A stretch of 64,000 nt of DNA from an uncultured Planctomycetia bacterium. GTDB taxonomy: Bacteria; Omnitrophota; Gorgyraeia; Duberdicusellales; 4484-171. The notes under the pieces are model-generated. The model had not been told where the DNA came from, searched no databases, and saw only the letters and a program-made list of their open reading frames with translations. The position numbers were made by a program, and so were the translations under genes. Where the stretch lies: the NCBI GenBank assembly GCA_964629655.1, contig CAZVQU010000001.1, positions 356,056 through 420,055 on the forward strand, in the 5' to 3' direction. Positions 20,277 through 30,008 of the stretch are shown here, piece by piece. Position 1 is the first letter of the stretch, and every line of letters starts with the position of its first letter.

Positions 20277-21272
20277 TTAGCTACCAAGCGTGCTCAAACG
20301 AACTAAAGGAGAATTGGTATCGCCATATTGCGCTAAGAAATTTCTATACCACTCAATAGTCCGCTTTAAGCCATCTGTAAAATCTATTTTGGGTTCCCAT
20401 CCAAGCAAGGATCTAGCCCGCTTATTGTCCGCAAACATCTGCCATATTTCTGTAGGCCTATATTTTAATTCTCCTATGCGCAATTCAGATTTAGAATTCG
20501 TCTCCTTATGTATGAACATAATTAAATCCCGAATAGAAATATCTTCCCCTGAACCAATATTAATTATCTGGCCTAAAGCCTTCTCGCATTGAGCGGCCAA
20601 AATGAAAGCATCAACAAGATTCTCCACATAATTAAATTCTCGTGTCTGTTTGCCTTCAGTGGACAATACCGGCTTTTGGCTTAAACAAGTCAACACCATC
20701 TCGGCAATTACTGCCTTAGGACTCTGATAAGGCCCAAAAGCATTAAACGGACGAAGTATGACTATGGGTTTACCTAAATTTTCCATTTTCATCCGACAAT
20801 ACAACTCTCCGGCATATTTACCTACTGAATAAGGTGAAACTGGTTTTGGACACATATCTTCTGAAAAAGGAACTTTAGCCTGATATCCATAAACTTCTGA
20901 AGAAGAAATATATATAAACTTTTCATAATCATCATAGGCCTCGATTAGATTTGCTGTGCCTTTAACATTACAATCAAGCGCTTCTGATACATGGATAAAG
21001 CTATCGCCAACGTGGTTGTAGGCTGCAAAATGATAAACTATATCCGGTTTAAATAAAGAAACCTGTTTTAAGGAATCTAAATTACGAATATCAGCTTCAA
21101 TTACCTCTATTTTGCTCCATACATCAACTAAACGAATGTTGTCTATAATGCTATTGTATTTGGTAATAATTCCTACTTGAGCGCCTTCAGCCACAAGCCG
21201 CCGTGTCAGATGTGACGCAATAAATCCTGAACCGCCGGTAACTAAAATTCGTTTATCTTTTATTTTATTCAT
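20277..21272 (-). CDS. NAD-dependent sugar epimerase/4,6-dehydratase
   Basis: TGGSGFIA, SSSEVYG, YSVGK, RPFNAFGP. Confidence 0.9.
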   Translation of the reverse strand: MNKIKDKRILVTGGSGFIASHLTRRLVAEGAQVGIITKYNSIIDNIRLVDVWSKIEVIEADIRNLDSLKQVSLFKPDIVYHFAAYNHVGDSFIHVSEALDCNVKGTANLIEAYDDYEKFIYISSSEVYGYQAKVPFSEDMCPKPVSPYSVGKYAGELYCRMKMENLGKPIVILRPFNAFGPYQSPKAVIAEMVLTCLSQKPVLSTEGKQTREFNYVENLVDAFILAAQCEKALGQIINIGSGEDISIRDLIMFIHKETNSKSELRIGELKYRPTEIWQMFADNKRARSLLGWEPKIDFTDGLKRTIEWYRNFLAQYGDTNSPLVRLSTLGS

Positions 21273-21278
21273 ATTTCT

Positions 21279-22022
21279 TTATCCTCCCTCTGAAAAAGTA
21301 TAAAATTGTCCCAGATTTTCCTCAGCAAGCCGCCTTTCAGATTCAGTATTAAATGTGATCTGAGGCCCCTTATGCTCAAAAACAGCTAACTGCTTGCTGT
21401 CAACTAAAGACAAGAAGAAATTCACCAAACCCTGGCCGTCAGGTTCTTTGAGCATCTGCTTTGAAACTTTGCCTAATGCCGAGTGTTCCATCAAAAAAGA
21501 GCCTATATAGTAGGTTAATATAGGTTTCTCAAGAAATGATGTAACTCGCCCCCCTAAATCAGATGTTATCAATCCAAAAGGATTACGTATCTTTGCTGCA
21601 GTAATAGTAACTTGGGTATTAAGCTTTGAGTGAAAATTTATCATACCCTCTATATCCAAATCAATAAGTGTATCTCCATAAGAAACAAAAAATTTATCAT
21701 CTAGCTGTTCACGTAATGCCCAAATCCTTTCTAACATGCTTACCTTTTCTCCAAGATCAGAAAAACTGATTTCGACTTCAGGAAAAAAATCCTGATAGCG
21801 CTCTTTAATCATCTCTGCCTTATAACCTAGGCAAAGAATAATTTTAGAAAAACCTTTAGAACGGTAAAAATCAAGAATATGCTCTAAAATGGGCTTGCCG
21901 CCAAGCTCTACTAAAACCTTAGGTATCTCATCTGTAGCCGGCCTAAGTCGAATCCCTCTGCCGCCACACAAAATAACTACTTGTTTAATATCTTGGCTGA
22001 ACTTTTTTTCTGATTCCTGCAT
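21279..22022 (-). CDS. Sugar-phosphate nucleotidyltransferase
   Basis: ILCGGRGIRLRP...PKVL and YGD motifs. Confidence 0.88.
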   Translation of the reverse strand: MQESEKKFSQDIKQVVILCGGRGIRLRPATDEIPKVLVELGGKPILEHILDFYRSKGFSKIILCLGYKAEMIKERYQDFFPEVEISFSDLGEKVSMLERIWALREQLDDKFFVSYGDTLIDLDIEGMINFHSKLNTQVTITAAKIRNPFGLITSDLGGRVTSFLEKPILTYYIGSFLMEHSALGKVSKQMLKEPDGQGLVNFFLSLVDSKQLAVFEHKGPQITFNTESERRLAEENLGQFYTFSEGG

Positions 22023-22041
22023 AAATTAATACTTCTATAGA

Positions 22042-23028
22042 TTATTCTTTACTGAATGAATCCTCTCTAATTATATAAAGCGGCCGACGTTTTACTTCAT
22101 CGTATACCCTGCCAAGATACTCACCTAATAATCCAATGCCAATTAGCTGTATTCCACCGAAAAAGAGCATAACAAAAACAAGAGTAACCCATCCTGGAGG
22201 AATCTGTCCATTACCTCCGGCTACAATAATGTATAGCTTTTGCAGTAAAAGATAAACTCCGTACAGGAATGAACCGCTGGATATCAATAAACCGACTACG
22301 GTAAAAATACGCAAAGGGATAATCGAAAAAGAAAATATACCATCAATGGCTAACTCTATTAAATGAATAAGCCGGAATTTTGACTTTCCTGCATGTCTTA
22401 AAGCAAGTTCATACTCAATGCCTGTCTGACGAAAACCAATCCAACTGGTCAATCCACGTAAGAATTTATTCCGTTCAGGCAAACTACAAAGTACATTTAC
22501 TACTTTTCGATCTAAGAGACGGAAATCAGACTGACCGTGTAACTCTATGCCTGATAGCCGCCTCATAATAGAATAGAAAAAGCGGTTAACTATTCTCCGT
22601 AAAACAAATTGTGATTTACGATCATGCTTATTAGTATAAACCACGTCATACCCTTTCTCCCATAACTTCACCATATCAGGAATCAACTCCGGCGGATGCT
22701 GAAGATCTGCATCCATAGAAATAACAACATCCCCTCTTGCATGTTCAAGCCCGGCAAGTAAAGCTCCTTGATGGCCGAAATTTCGGGTAAGGCTCAAATA
22801 ATGAACTCTGCCATCTTTGCGACGAAGCTCCCTAAGAATTTTTATAGAACTATCACTACTACCATTCTCTACAACAACCAACTCAAAATTCTTGCCTATT
22901 GTTTTCATGGCGACACATATCTTCTCATAGAGACAAAAAAGATTCTTTTCCTCGTTATAAGCCGGTGTAACTATTGATATAAGCTCTAAGGTACGCTGTA
23001 ATTGTGGTTGTGAAATGCTATTGTTCAT
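22042..23028 (-). CDS. GtrB/ArnC-like polyprenyl-phosphate glycosyltransferase (GT2)
   Basis: PAYNEE, RNFGHQ, MDADLQHPP, DFRL, two C-terminal TMs, GEYLGR...RP.Y. Confidence 0.92.
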   Translation of the reverse strand: MNNSISQPQLQRTLELISIVTPAYNEEKNLFCLYEKICVAMKTIGKNFELVVVENGSSDSSIKILRELRRKDGRVHYLSLTRNFGHQGALLAGLEHARGDVVISMDADLQHPPELIPDMVKLWEKGYDVVYTNKHDRKSQFVLRRIVNRFFYSIMRRLSGIELHGQSDFRLLDRKVVNVLCSLPERNKFLRGLTSWIGFRQTGIEYELALRHAGKSKFRLIHLIELAIDGIFSFSIIPLRIFTVVGLLISSGSFLYGVYLLLQKLYIIVAGGNGQIPPGWVTLVFVMLFFGGIQLIGIGLLGEYLGRVYDEVKRRPLYIIREDSFSKE

Positions 23029-23597
23029 TTTGTGTTCCTCCCTACCTCTTCAGAAGAAGAAAAAACAGCCTTAAATTCATTAATCCATGGATGGAAAGCT
23101 TCTAAAAACTCACGAAACTTTCCTATTCTTATTTGTTTGTGGTAATCAGGAGTATTGGTGAATCTCTTAGCTTCTAAAACAATACCTCTGCTAATTTTCT
23201 TAACGACATCCGCACCAGAAATATTGGCTATTTTATTTTTTATTACTACTCCGCTAAATACAAGTGTAGTCCCTCCTAAAAAGCAAATAATTAAAAGCTT
23301 ATAAATAAACATTTTTAACTGATAAAATGTCTTCTTGCTCTGGCCCACTTTACGAGGAAGAACAATTTCATCTTCTGCTTCACAATCTAAAATTCTATTA
23401 AAAAAATCTTGTTTCCGCTTGTATAAATCCTTATAAGCCTGATTTAAATCTTCATCTGCAGCTACCAGAGAAATTTCTGGAATATATAAATAGAACTTAC
23501 CTTTTATTAGTTTTACTACAATATCATAAGGAAGCGAATTAAAGTGGTTTAGTTTACTTTGACGACTTTGCTCCTGAATACGATTTACCTTCATCAT
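23025..23597 (-). CDS. Hypothetical single-pass membrane protein with HicB-like N-terminal domain
   Basis: 190 aa with SD GAGGAGG and one hydrophobic helix (LLIICFLGGTTLVFSGVVI). HicB resemblance is by eye only. Confidence 0.6.
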   Translation of the reverse strand: MMKVNRIQEQSRQSKLNHFNSLPYDIVVKLIKGKFYLYIPEISLVAADEDLNQAYKDLYKRKQDFFNRILDCEAEDEIVLPRKVGQSKKTFYQLKMFIYKLLIICFLGGTTLVFSGVVIKNKIANISGADVVKKISRGIVLEAKRFTNTPDYHKQIRIGKFREFLEAFHPWINEFKAVFSSSEEVGRNTK

Positions 23598-23613
23598 AAT
23601 AAAAAACCTCCTC

Positions 23614-25152
23614 TTACTTTTTGCTATTCAAAATTAATAGAGTGCTCTTTCTACCAGAATAAATTGAAAATCGTTTTATTATATAACAAACCCCACCTGC
23701 AATTAAAAAATAAATAAGTATAGTAAACAATAACGCTGTATCTGCTATCAAATAAAGCTCAGGCATGGCTAAGATAGACGGTAAAAGAGAAAATGCTAAG
23801 CATAAAATAAGCAGATAAAAATATTGAAACCACCTTTTGAGTAAGACTTCGCCTGTTAATAAACTGCCTGCAACTATTATTACGAGCAGTATCGGCCTAA
23901 ATAAATAACGAATTGCGCCAAAAAGGGGATTGAAATAATTTTTAATGAAAAGCGGAAATTTATATAAATAACTTTCTATAACGAATCGAGGATCTTTTTT
24001 AAAAATCTTGAAAAACTCTTTCTTAAGAACAGACTCCATCAATTCGGTGTCATAAGACACTTCTGTCCCATATTGCGCGACTAAATGTTTCTTCACTGCA
24101 TCATGAGCAATATGATCATCAAACTCAATTCCATACTTACTCATACTATCAGGATGGGCGGCTAACCCCAAATATACCGTATACCAAAAATAATGCTTTT
24201 CAGTCGCCGAAGTATAGGGATATTGCAAGTGTATTGCAAGGTACGCTTTTACAAGAAAGAAACCTATAAAAACTATTGCTAAAGGCCAAAAAATAACTCG
24301 CTTGAACACATACTTTCCAATTTTACGGTTATTGGCCCAAAACCAAAAAACAGACAAACTAAGTAGAAAACTTAAAAATATAATTTGATAAACTGCACTT
24401 GAGCGAATATGGATAATAAAAATTAAGATTGCTGCCTGCATTAATGTACAGGCAAATACTCTTTTCGTAAATCGATGCTGACCCAAAATTATTAATCCAA
24501 GGTATATCGCAGGCAAAATTGCAAGAACAGGCAAAAAACGAGCATTATGAACAGTTTGAAGTTCTATGCCAACTATCGGCGCAACCGCTACAATTACGAA
24601 ATGGCCGCACACAAATAGTAACAAAATCTGTAGTAAATCAAACCGCTTGTAAAATGTTATAAAAAAACTAAGGATTGACAACGCCAGCAATAAAAAATAA
24701 AGATGAAAAAAACTCTCTACTTTGTATCCAAATATCTTAAAAGCTGTCTTATAGTAATCAACTAAACCCTTATCCTCTCTGAACAAGTAATAGCGGCCGT
24801 CAGAAGAAACTTCTTCAACATTAGCAGCTTTTCTAATAGCCCTGTTTAATATACCCGCGTCGGCTAAAAGTTCCTCCTTATCTACTTTGTTGTACTTACT
24901 TATAATCTTCTGCACATTGGTAATTCCGTTGCTGGACAAAGTATTTGTAACCTTCCTGTATCCAGAATATTCACCCAAACCATATCGTAAACCAGAAATA
25001 GCGATCCCCAAAGAATTGACATGGCGATTAACGGCTTCGGGCATAACTTGATGCATTCCTCTCTGCACAGAATATACAAATGTATAAACAAAAATTCCCA
25101 GAATTAGGAGGATGAAAATTATAATTTTGTGATTTTTCTTGGCTATTTGCAT
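23614..25152 (-). CDS. Multi-pass membrane protein, probable GT-C-type glycosyltransferase
   Basis: About ten hydrophobic helices, large soluble loops, and proximity to a GtrB-like GT2. Confidence 0.55.
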   Translation of the reverse strand: MQIAKKNHKIIIFILLILGIFVYTFVYSVQRGMHQVMPEAVNRHVNSLGIAISGLRYGLGEYSGYRKVTNTLSSNGITNVQKIISKYNKVDKEELLADAGILNRAIRKAANVEEVSSDGRYYLFREDKGLVDYYKTAFKIFGYKVESFFHLYFLLLALSILSFFITFYKRFDLLQILLLFVCGHFVIVAVAPIVGIELQTVHNARFLPVLAILPAIYLGLIILGQHRFTKRVFACTLMQAAILIFIIHIRSSAVYQIIFLSFLLSLSVFWFWANNRKIGKYVFKRVIFWPLAIVFIGFFLVKAYLAIHLQYPYTSATEKHYFWYTVYLGLAAHPDSMSKYGIEFDDHIAHDAVKKHLVAQYGTEVSYDTELMESVLKKEFFKIFKKDPRFVIESYLYKFPLFIKNYFNPLFGAIRYLFRPILLVIIVAGSLLTGEVLLKRWFQYFYLLILCLAFSLLPSILAMPELYLIADTALLFTILIYFLIAGGVCYIIKRFSIYSGRKSTLLILNSKK

Positions 25153-25159
25153 ATATTTA

Positions 25160-26437
25160 CTACTCCTGTGCCAGCTTACTTTTCTTAGCTACTGGATAAT
25201 CACAACCACTCAGCAACTGCTGGTTTTGACGCAGGAACTTTGCACCAATACGCGGCAAAAAGATTTGATTCAGCTCACTTGACCTAAAAAATGACCGGGA
25301 ATGCCGTTGCAATTCTTCATCCTCTTCAGTTGCCTGCCATGTTCCTTCAAGCCGCTCATCCATTTCCGCAACCAGATCATTAATTTCTTCGGAAGTATTT
25401 TCAATCACTTCTATCCCCCGCTGTTGATATTGTTCGCCGTGAAGAAAACTTCCTACTCCACAACTAAGGGTTTCTCGAAAAGTTAGGAAACGTTTCTCCT
25501 CTTTTAACCATAACTTTTTAGGAATAACTAAACTATCAACAGCACAAATATCTTTTATCGTCTCGAGAGGAATAAAATTTACATAAACTACTGGTTTACG
25601 AAAAATCACTGCAACTGCATCAACCCCTGAACCGCAACCAATAAAAAATCGGCATTTGGCACTAAGGTATATATCAAGAAAATCACTTCTTGAATTTGTA
25701 GCATAATCAATAATCTTGGTATTGCTGGTATCTAATGCCTCTTTAATAATTTTACCCATTCTAATTGCGGAATACCCTCTACGCGTCAACTCTTCCACAG
25801 CAATAATATAGTTATAAATATTACAATCACGATAATCATGATAATGCCAATTACTATTAGGACGTAGATTATTTAGGTAGGCATCATCGCGCGCGTGGAA
25901 ACAAACAAAAGGATTACCTTTAGATATCCCTATCCTCTCTAGCTCTTTCCTTCCTAAGCGCTCCTCTTCTTCCGTAAAAGAAAGATGCGAAGGTAATCTT
26001 GTAAAAAGGCCGTGAGGATCTCTAACTGACGACAACGGGACCTCATGAACTCCGCCAGCCGGTAAAATACGGTTAACAATATCCATCCACTTAGCAAAAG
26101 AATAAACGCGTAGGGTTCTATCCCACATTTTTTTAAGCTGATAATTGGAAATAGTTGCATTGTAGTAAAAGATGTCAAAATTTCGCGGGCCATGTATTCC
26201 CGCGTCACGTTCATTAAGATATAACTCTACATCAACTGCGAAATGGCCTATCCTGTCACTAGGCAGAACACCAAATCGCACAATTACAAAAGGCCGTAAC
26301 ATGCGCACAAAAAAAACAACGGGAAAGGCTAAAAGAATCATTGGAATCGCGCGTAATTTCTTAAATAGAACACGTAAGCCTCCTCCACGAACCTGACTAA
26401 TTTGATTGATAATGTAGCTTGTAGTTTTCTTATTCAT
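25160..26437 (-). CDS. Putative glycosyltransferase (TIGR04372-like)
   Basis: RIGHF, HARDDAY, YRD, IRMG, DIYL...C.FFIG..SG, ENT.EEI motifs. Start moved to ATG 26437. Confidence 0.8.
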   Translation of the reverse strand: MNKKTTSYIINQISQVRGGGLRVLFKKLRAIPMILLAFPVVFFVRMLRPFVIVRFGVLPSDRIGHFAVDVELYLNERDAGIHGPRNFDIFYYNATISNYQLKKMWDRTLRVYSFAKWMDIVNRILPAGGVHEVPLSSVRDPHGLFTRLPSHLSFTEEEERLGRKELERIGISKGNPFVCFHARDDAYLNNLRPNSNWHYHDYRDCNIYNYIIAVEELTRRGYSAIRMGKIIKEALDTSNTKIIDYATNSRSDFLDIYLSAKCRFFIGCGSGVDAVAVIFRKPVVYVNFIPLETIKDICAVDSLVIPKKLWLKEEKRFLTFRETLSCGVGSFLHGEQYQQRGIEVIENTSEEINDLVAEMDERLEGTWQATEEDEELQRHSRSFFRSSELNQIFLPRIGAKFLRQNQQLLSGCDYPVAKKSKLAQE

Positions 26438-26439
26438 AA

Positions 26440-26559
26440 CTACCAAATTGTATATCGATCTGAAGGGATATTTTCGCTTTTTAAGCCTGAACGTTTTTTA
26501 CGAGACGAGAATAAACGTCCGATGCTTCTAAAAATAAAAATAATAATTCTCCTTATCAT
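26440..26559 (-). CDS. Unannotated 39-aa peptide MIRRIIIFIFRSIGRLFSSRKKRSGLKSENIPSDRYTIW
   Basis: Fills the gap exactly: ATGA overlap with the SGNH gene stop, GAGGT upstream, TAG ending 2 nt before the next ATG. Confidence 0.72.
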   Translation of the reverse strand: MIRRIIIFIFRSIGRLFSSRKKRSGLKSENIPSDRYTIW

Positions 26560-27509
26560 ACTTTAACCTCTTGATCAAAGACCGCTACTTCTTGGGCAAT
26601 AGCCTCCGCTAAAGCTTTATTGCCGGAAGGAATAAGATGTTGCCAATCAATAAACTCGCTTGGGTCTAAGGAAACCTTCTCTGATAAATCACTCACCTCT
26701 GGACACCCTTTCGTGATATCTTTATATAGCATTTTTAGATAAGTGTGGCGATTATCAGTGGCTTGCTTCCAAGTATCCCAAAGCACTGGTTGCAAAAGAA
26801 ACTTTGTTTTTATATTCCAACCCTGGGCTAGCTTTCTAATTATCTCTTTTGTCATAATATAATACTGGGCTTGTTCACTAACAAATCTAAATGGATTTCC
26901 TGGTGTTTCGGGTCTTTTTTTCGATTCTTTCATTTTGGAAACAAATTTTTTTATCTTGCTGATAAAACTTTGTTGCTTTTTCCAGTCAAAAGTCATGTGA
27001 GGACGATGTTCTTTGATGAGTGTACTGAAATAGCCATACTGACAAGAAGTTTCTTGATAAGACTTATAGCCATTTAAAGATTGAAACCATCCTTGTTTTT
27101 CGTTAATACCATCAAGAAAAATTATCAAATCAGGAAGATAACCCCAACGAAGTAAATCAATCAGTAGGTACATTGAATATTTCAAGTCACAGCCACCCAA
27201 GCCAAAGTTAAACACTGCGGCGTTTCCAAGTAACTTCTCTAGATGGTGAGGATACGAATCAGCGTAGTCACAAAAAACACCCATCGTGGTTGAACCGCCA
27301 AAACAGAAAATTCGCTGTTGATCTCTAGATCTTTCGTATTTTTCTTTAAATGAACTAAAACCAGTGGGGATACGAATCCCCATTCCATCGCAAGGCATAA
27401 GCTCAGGGTGCGCCCAATAGATATAGATCCGATGTCTAGTAATTCCACAAGGGATATCCCATCGATCATCTACTTCAATATCTTTAGCCCAAGGTCTTTT
27501 GATAATCAT
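26556..27509 (-). CDS. SGNH/GDSL hydrolase family protein (putative O-acyltransferase)
   Basis: FGGSTTMG (Ser), NFGLGG, DGINE and DWQH blocks all intact. Confidence 0.82.
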   Translation of the reverse strand: MIIKRPWAKDIEVDDRWDIPCGITRHRIYIYWAHPELMPCDGMGIRIPTGFSSFKEKYERSRDQQRIFCFGGSTTMGVFCDYADSYPHHLEKLLGNAAVFNFGLGGCDLKYSMYLLIDLLRWGYLPDLIIFLDGINEKQGWFQSLNGYKSYQETSCQYGYFSTLIKEHRPHMTFDWKKQQSFISKIKKFVSKMKESKKRPETPGNPFRFVSEQAQYYIMTKEIIRKLAQGWNIKTKFLLQPVLWDTWKQATDNRHTYLKMLYKDITKGCPEVSDLSEKVSLDPSEFIDWQHLIPSGNKALAEAIAQEVAVFDQEVKV

Positions 27510-27512
27510 TTC

Positions 27513-28322
27513 TCAATGCCCTCGTGAAAATTCACAAAATTTACTGCTACTTAATGAAGAGTTTTTAGGCTTTTTTTCCAAAAAATTTAATTCACAAAAC
27601 TTTATTGGCTTTATTAAATCTTTTTTAAAGTTGAATTCACGGGCAATATTTAATGCAAATTCGTAATATGTCATAGGGTTATTTTGAGTAAGATGAAATA
27701 CTCCTTGTGTATCTTTGAGCTTATAGATTCCTTTACATACAAAATTCACATCCGTAAAGTTACAGATCAAATCATCAATCATTCGCACTTCATGTTCGTG
27801 TTTCAAATTCTGATATATTTCTGTAAATATCCCTCCGTCCCCGATATCTCTACTGTATGTTTTGCTTAACCTGATAATTAGGCAATTTTTCGCGAAGTTT
27901 TTCGTTATGAATTTTTCAATTTCAAGCTTCATTTCTCCGTACTTATTCAGCGGATAAGATTTGTCTCCTTCTTCGTAATTCCCTTTTCTTCCGTCAAATA
28001 CTTGGCCGGAAGATAGAAAAATAGGCTTTATCTTTTTATCAATAAGATAAGTTATAAAGTCCTTTGTCTTTTCCACATTTATTCTCCTTGCCTCAGCTTC
28101 ATGCACGCGGCAATATTCCAATTTGCTCTTAGCAGAACATATTGCTACATATTTACAAGGCTCAAAGACATCAAAATGAGCATCCTCCAGATTGAAATAG
28201 ACAAAATCATCATGGCGATCAAGAGACCTACAGTAAGTCCCTCTTACTTTTTGTTTTTCTTCACTAAGGAATTTATAAAAATTCCTTCCGATTAGTCCTG
28301 TTGCCCCTGCTATTCCCCACAT
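27513..28322 (-). CDS. RmlD-like NDP-4-keto-sugar reductase (SDR)
   Basis: GATGLIG, SS.QVFDG..G.Y.E.D..PLNKYG..K. Start ATG 28322. Confidence 0.82.
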   Translation of the reverse strand: MWGIAGATGLIGRNFYKFLSEEKQKVRGTYCRSLDRHDDFVYFNLEDAHFDVFEPCKYVAICSAKSKLEYCRVHEAEARRINVEKTKDFITYLIDKKIKPIFLSSGQVFDGRKGNYEEGDKSYPLNKYGEMKLEIEKFITKNFAKNCLIIRLSKTYSRDIGDGGIFTEIYQNLKHEHEVRMIDDLICNFTDVNFVCKGIYKLKDTQGVFHLTQNNPMTYYEFALNIAREFNFKKDLIKPIKFCELNFLEKKPKNSSLSSSKFCEFSRGH

Positions 28323-28894
28323 TTTGATTGAGTGCAAGTTAATTTCTCTAATTTTAATAAATCCTTTTTTCTATCTTTTATCCGTCTTGCAGGGATACCT
28401 GCGTAAATACCCCAAGGCTCAAGGCTTTTTTTAACTAAAGATAACGCCCCCACGGAACAACCTTCAGCAATTATACAGTTAGGCATTACTATGCTTCCCG
28501 CTCCAATTATAGCGTATTTTTCTAAAATAACCTTCCCCCTGTCTCCACCTCTTAATTCAGGGGGAACCGCTACTCCGGTGAATTTATCTCCAGAAAAATC
28601 ACTGCTTGAAGAGTAAACTTTAGCTCCACAAGCTAAAGTTGAAAAATCTTTCAAAACTATTCCGAATTTAGAGCCGAGGAAGCAATGATTGTGTATACAA
28701 ATATAATTACCTAACTCAAGCTTCCCTGTGGCGATGATAACAACAAAATCATCAATGCGGACATTATTACCAATACTGATATTCTCCACGCCATATATGC
28801 TAGCACGAGTATGAATTTGAACATTCTTGCCAAGTTTTTGAAATCCAGCATCTTTTAAGTCACCTTCATTAAGATACCTTCCTCCTAACTGCAT
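28310..28894 (-). CDS. Hexapeptide-repeat O-acyltransferase
   Basis: IGNNVRIDDF, IIGAGSIV, VGALSLV, WGIYAGIPA. Confidence 0.88.
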   Translation of the reverse strand: MQLGGRYLNEGDLKDAGFQKLGKNVQIHTRASIYGVENISIGNNVRIDDFVVIIATGKLELGNYICIHNHCFLGSKFGIVLKDFSTLACGAKVYSSSSDFSGDKFTGVAVPPELRGGDRGKVILEKYAIIGAGSIVMPNCIIAEGCSVGALSLVKKSLEPWGIYAGIPARRIKDRKKDLLKLEKLTCTQSKCGE

Positions 28895-28924
28895 TATTAC
28901 CTCCTGTTTTATAGTTTAAAATTA

Positions 28925-29974
28925 CTATACAAAACTTAGGTGTTCTTTGTCTGCGCTCAAATAATCTAAAATAATTCTATTCTTACCATCAGCCACGCAG
29001 TGATGATTACAGCATATTGATGGATTAATCTTAAAAAAATTATTCTTATCAGAAAACCAGAAATCTTTAAACCGTCTGTTTTTTGTTGAGCCGATAAATC
29101 CTTCTTCAAAATTATAAGCTTTATCTTGGCAAGAGTATATGTTGAGATCTGCTCCAATAATTGGTAATATCTGAAGATATGGGCACCAAGAATAGCTCTT
29201 TTCAAAAGTCTCTAGTTGTTCGTGGTAGGAATCAAATATTTCAAATTCTTCATTGCTAAACTCACTGATTGCTTTAGCAATCTGTTGTTTGACCTGATCA
29301 AATAACACCTTATGATATTCATTATTCTCCTTGCCGCTATTACTCACAATGCAAGGAGCAACCTTAACGCTGCTAACACCTTTGTCTCTTAATTTCTTTA
29401 TCAACTCATAAACATGAAAAGCGTTCTCTTTATCAACGATAATAGATACCCCTAAGTAACACTTTCCTTTATATTTATTGAACTTTTCTATATTCGTCAT
29501 TATCTTAGTAAATTCCCCATGAGGTACGCCTCTATAGGTACAATAGCTCTCATCATCCCAACCATCCATAGAAATCCGCAACCAAGCTCCATGGTGCGCG
29601 AAGAACTCCGCTACTTCACCCGTGACTCCTGCACCATTAGTTAGAGCAGCAAATTTAACTGGGCTCTTAGCAAGTTTCTTAATCGCTTCTAATAAATATG
29701 GGTAACAAAAAGGTTCTCCCCCTCCACTAAAAGTAATGGATTTTACTTTCATTTCTATTGCATCATCCAAAATCTCCATCATTTTATCTTTAGGAATTTG
29801 ATCTTTTATTACCATATCCTTACCTAGCTGCAAATTATCTGCCTTATAAGCACAATACCAACACTTGTGATTACAGACGTTTGTTGGTTTTATTCTTATA
29901 TGAATAGGTGGTGTTATTTTGTCTATGTCTAAAGAAAGTGAGTCTAGCTTCTCTTTAAAATGAAAAATCTTCAT
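28925..29974 (-). CDS. Radical SAM protein
   Basis: CNHKCWYC, SGGGEP, C-terminal CPY...YSCQDKAY...CNHHC. The listed start overlaps the upstream gene by about 90 nt; ATG 29974 is more plausible but uncertain. Confidence 0.85.
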   Translation of the reverse strand: MKIFHFKEKLDSLSLDIDKITPPIHIRIKPTNVCNHKCWYCAYKADNLQLGKDMVIKDQIPKDKMMEILDDAIEMKVKSITFSGGGEPFCYPYLLEAIKKLAKSPVKFAALTNGAGVTGEVAEFFAHHGAWLRISMDGWDDESYCTYRGVPHGEFTKIMTNIEKFNKYKGKCYLGVSIIVDKENAFHVYELIKKLRDKGVSSVKVAPCIVSNSGKENNEYHKVLFDQVKQQIAKAISEFSNEEFEIFDSYHEQLETFEKSYSWCPYLQILPIIGADLNIYSCQDKAYNFEEGFIGSTKNRRFKDFWFSDKNNFFKINPSICCNHHCVADGKNRIILDYLSADKEHLSFV

Positions 29975-30008
29975 CTTTGTATACAGAAGTCTCTTTTTTC
30001 CTAAATTT

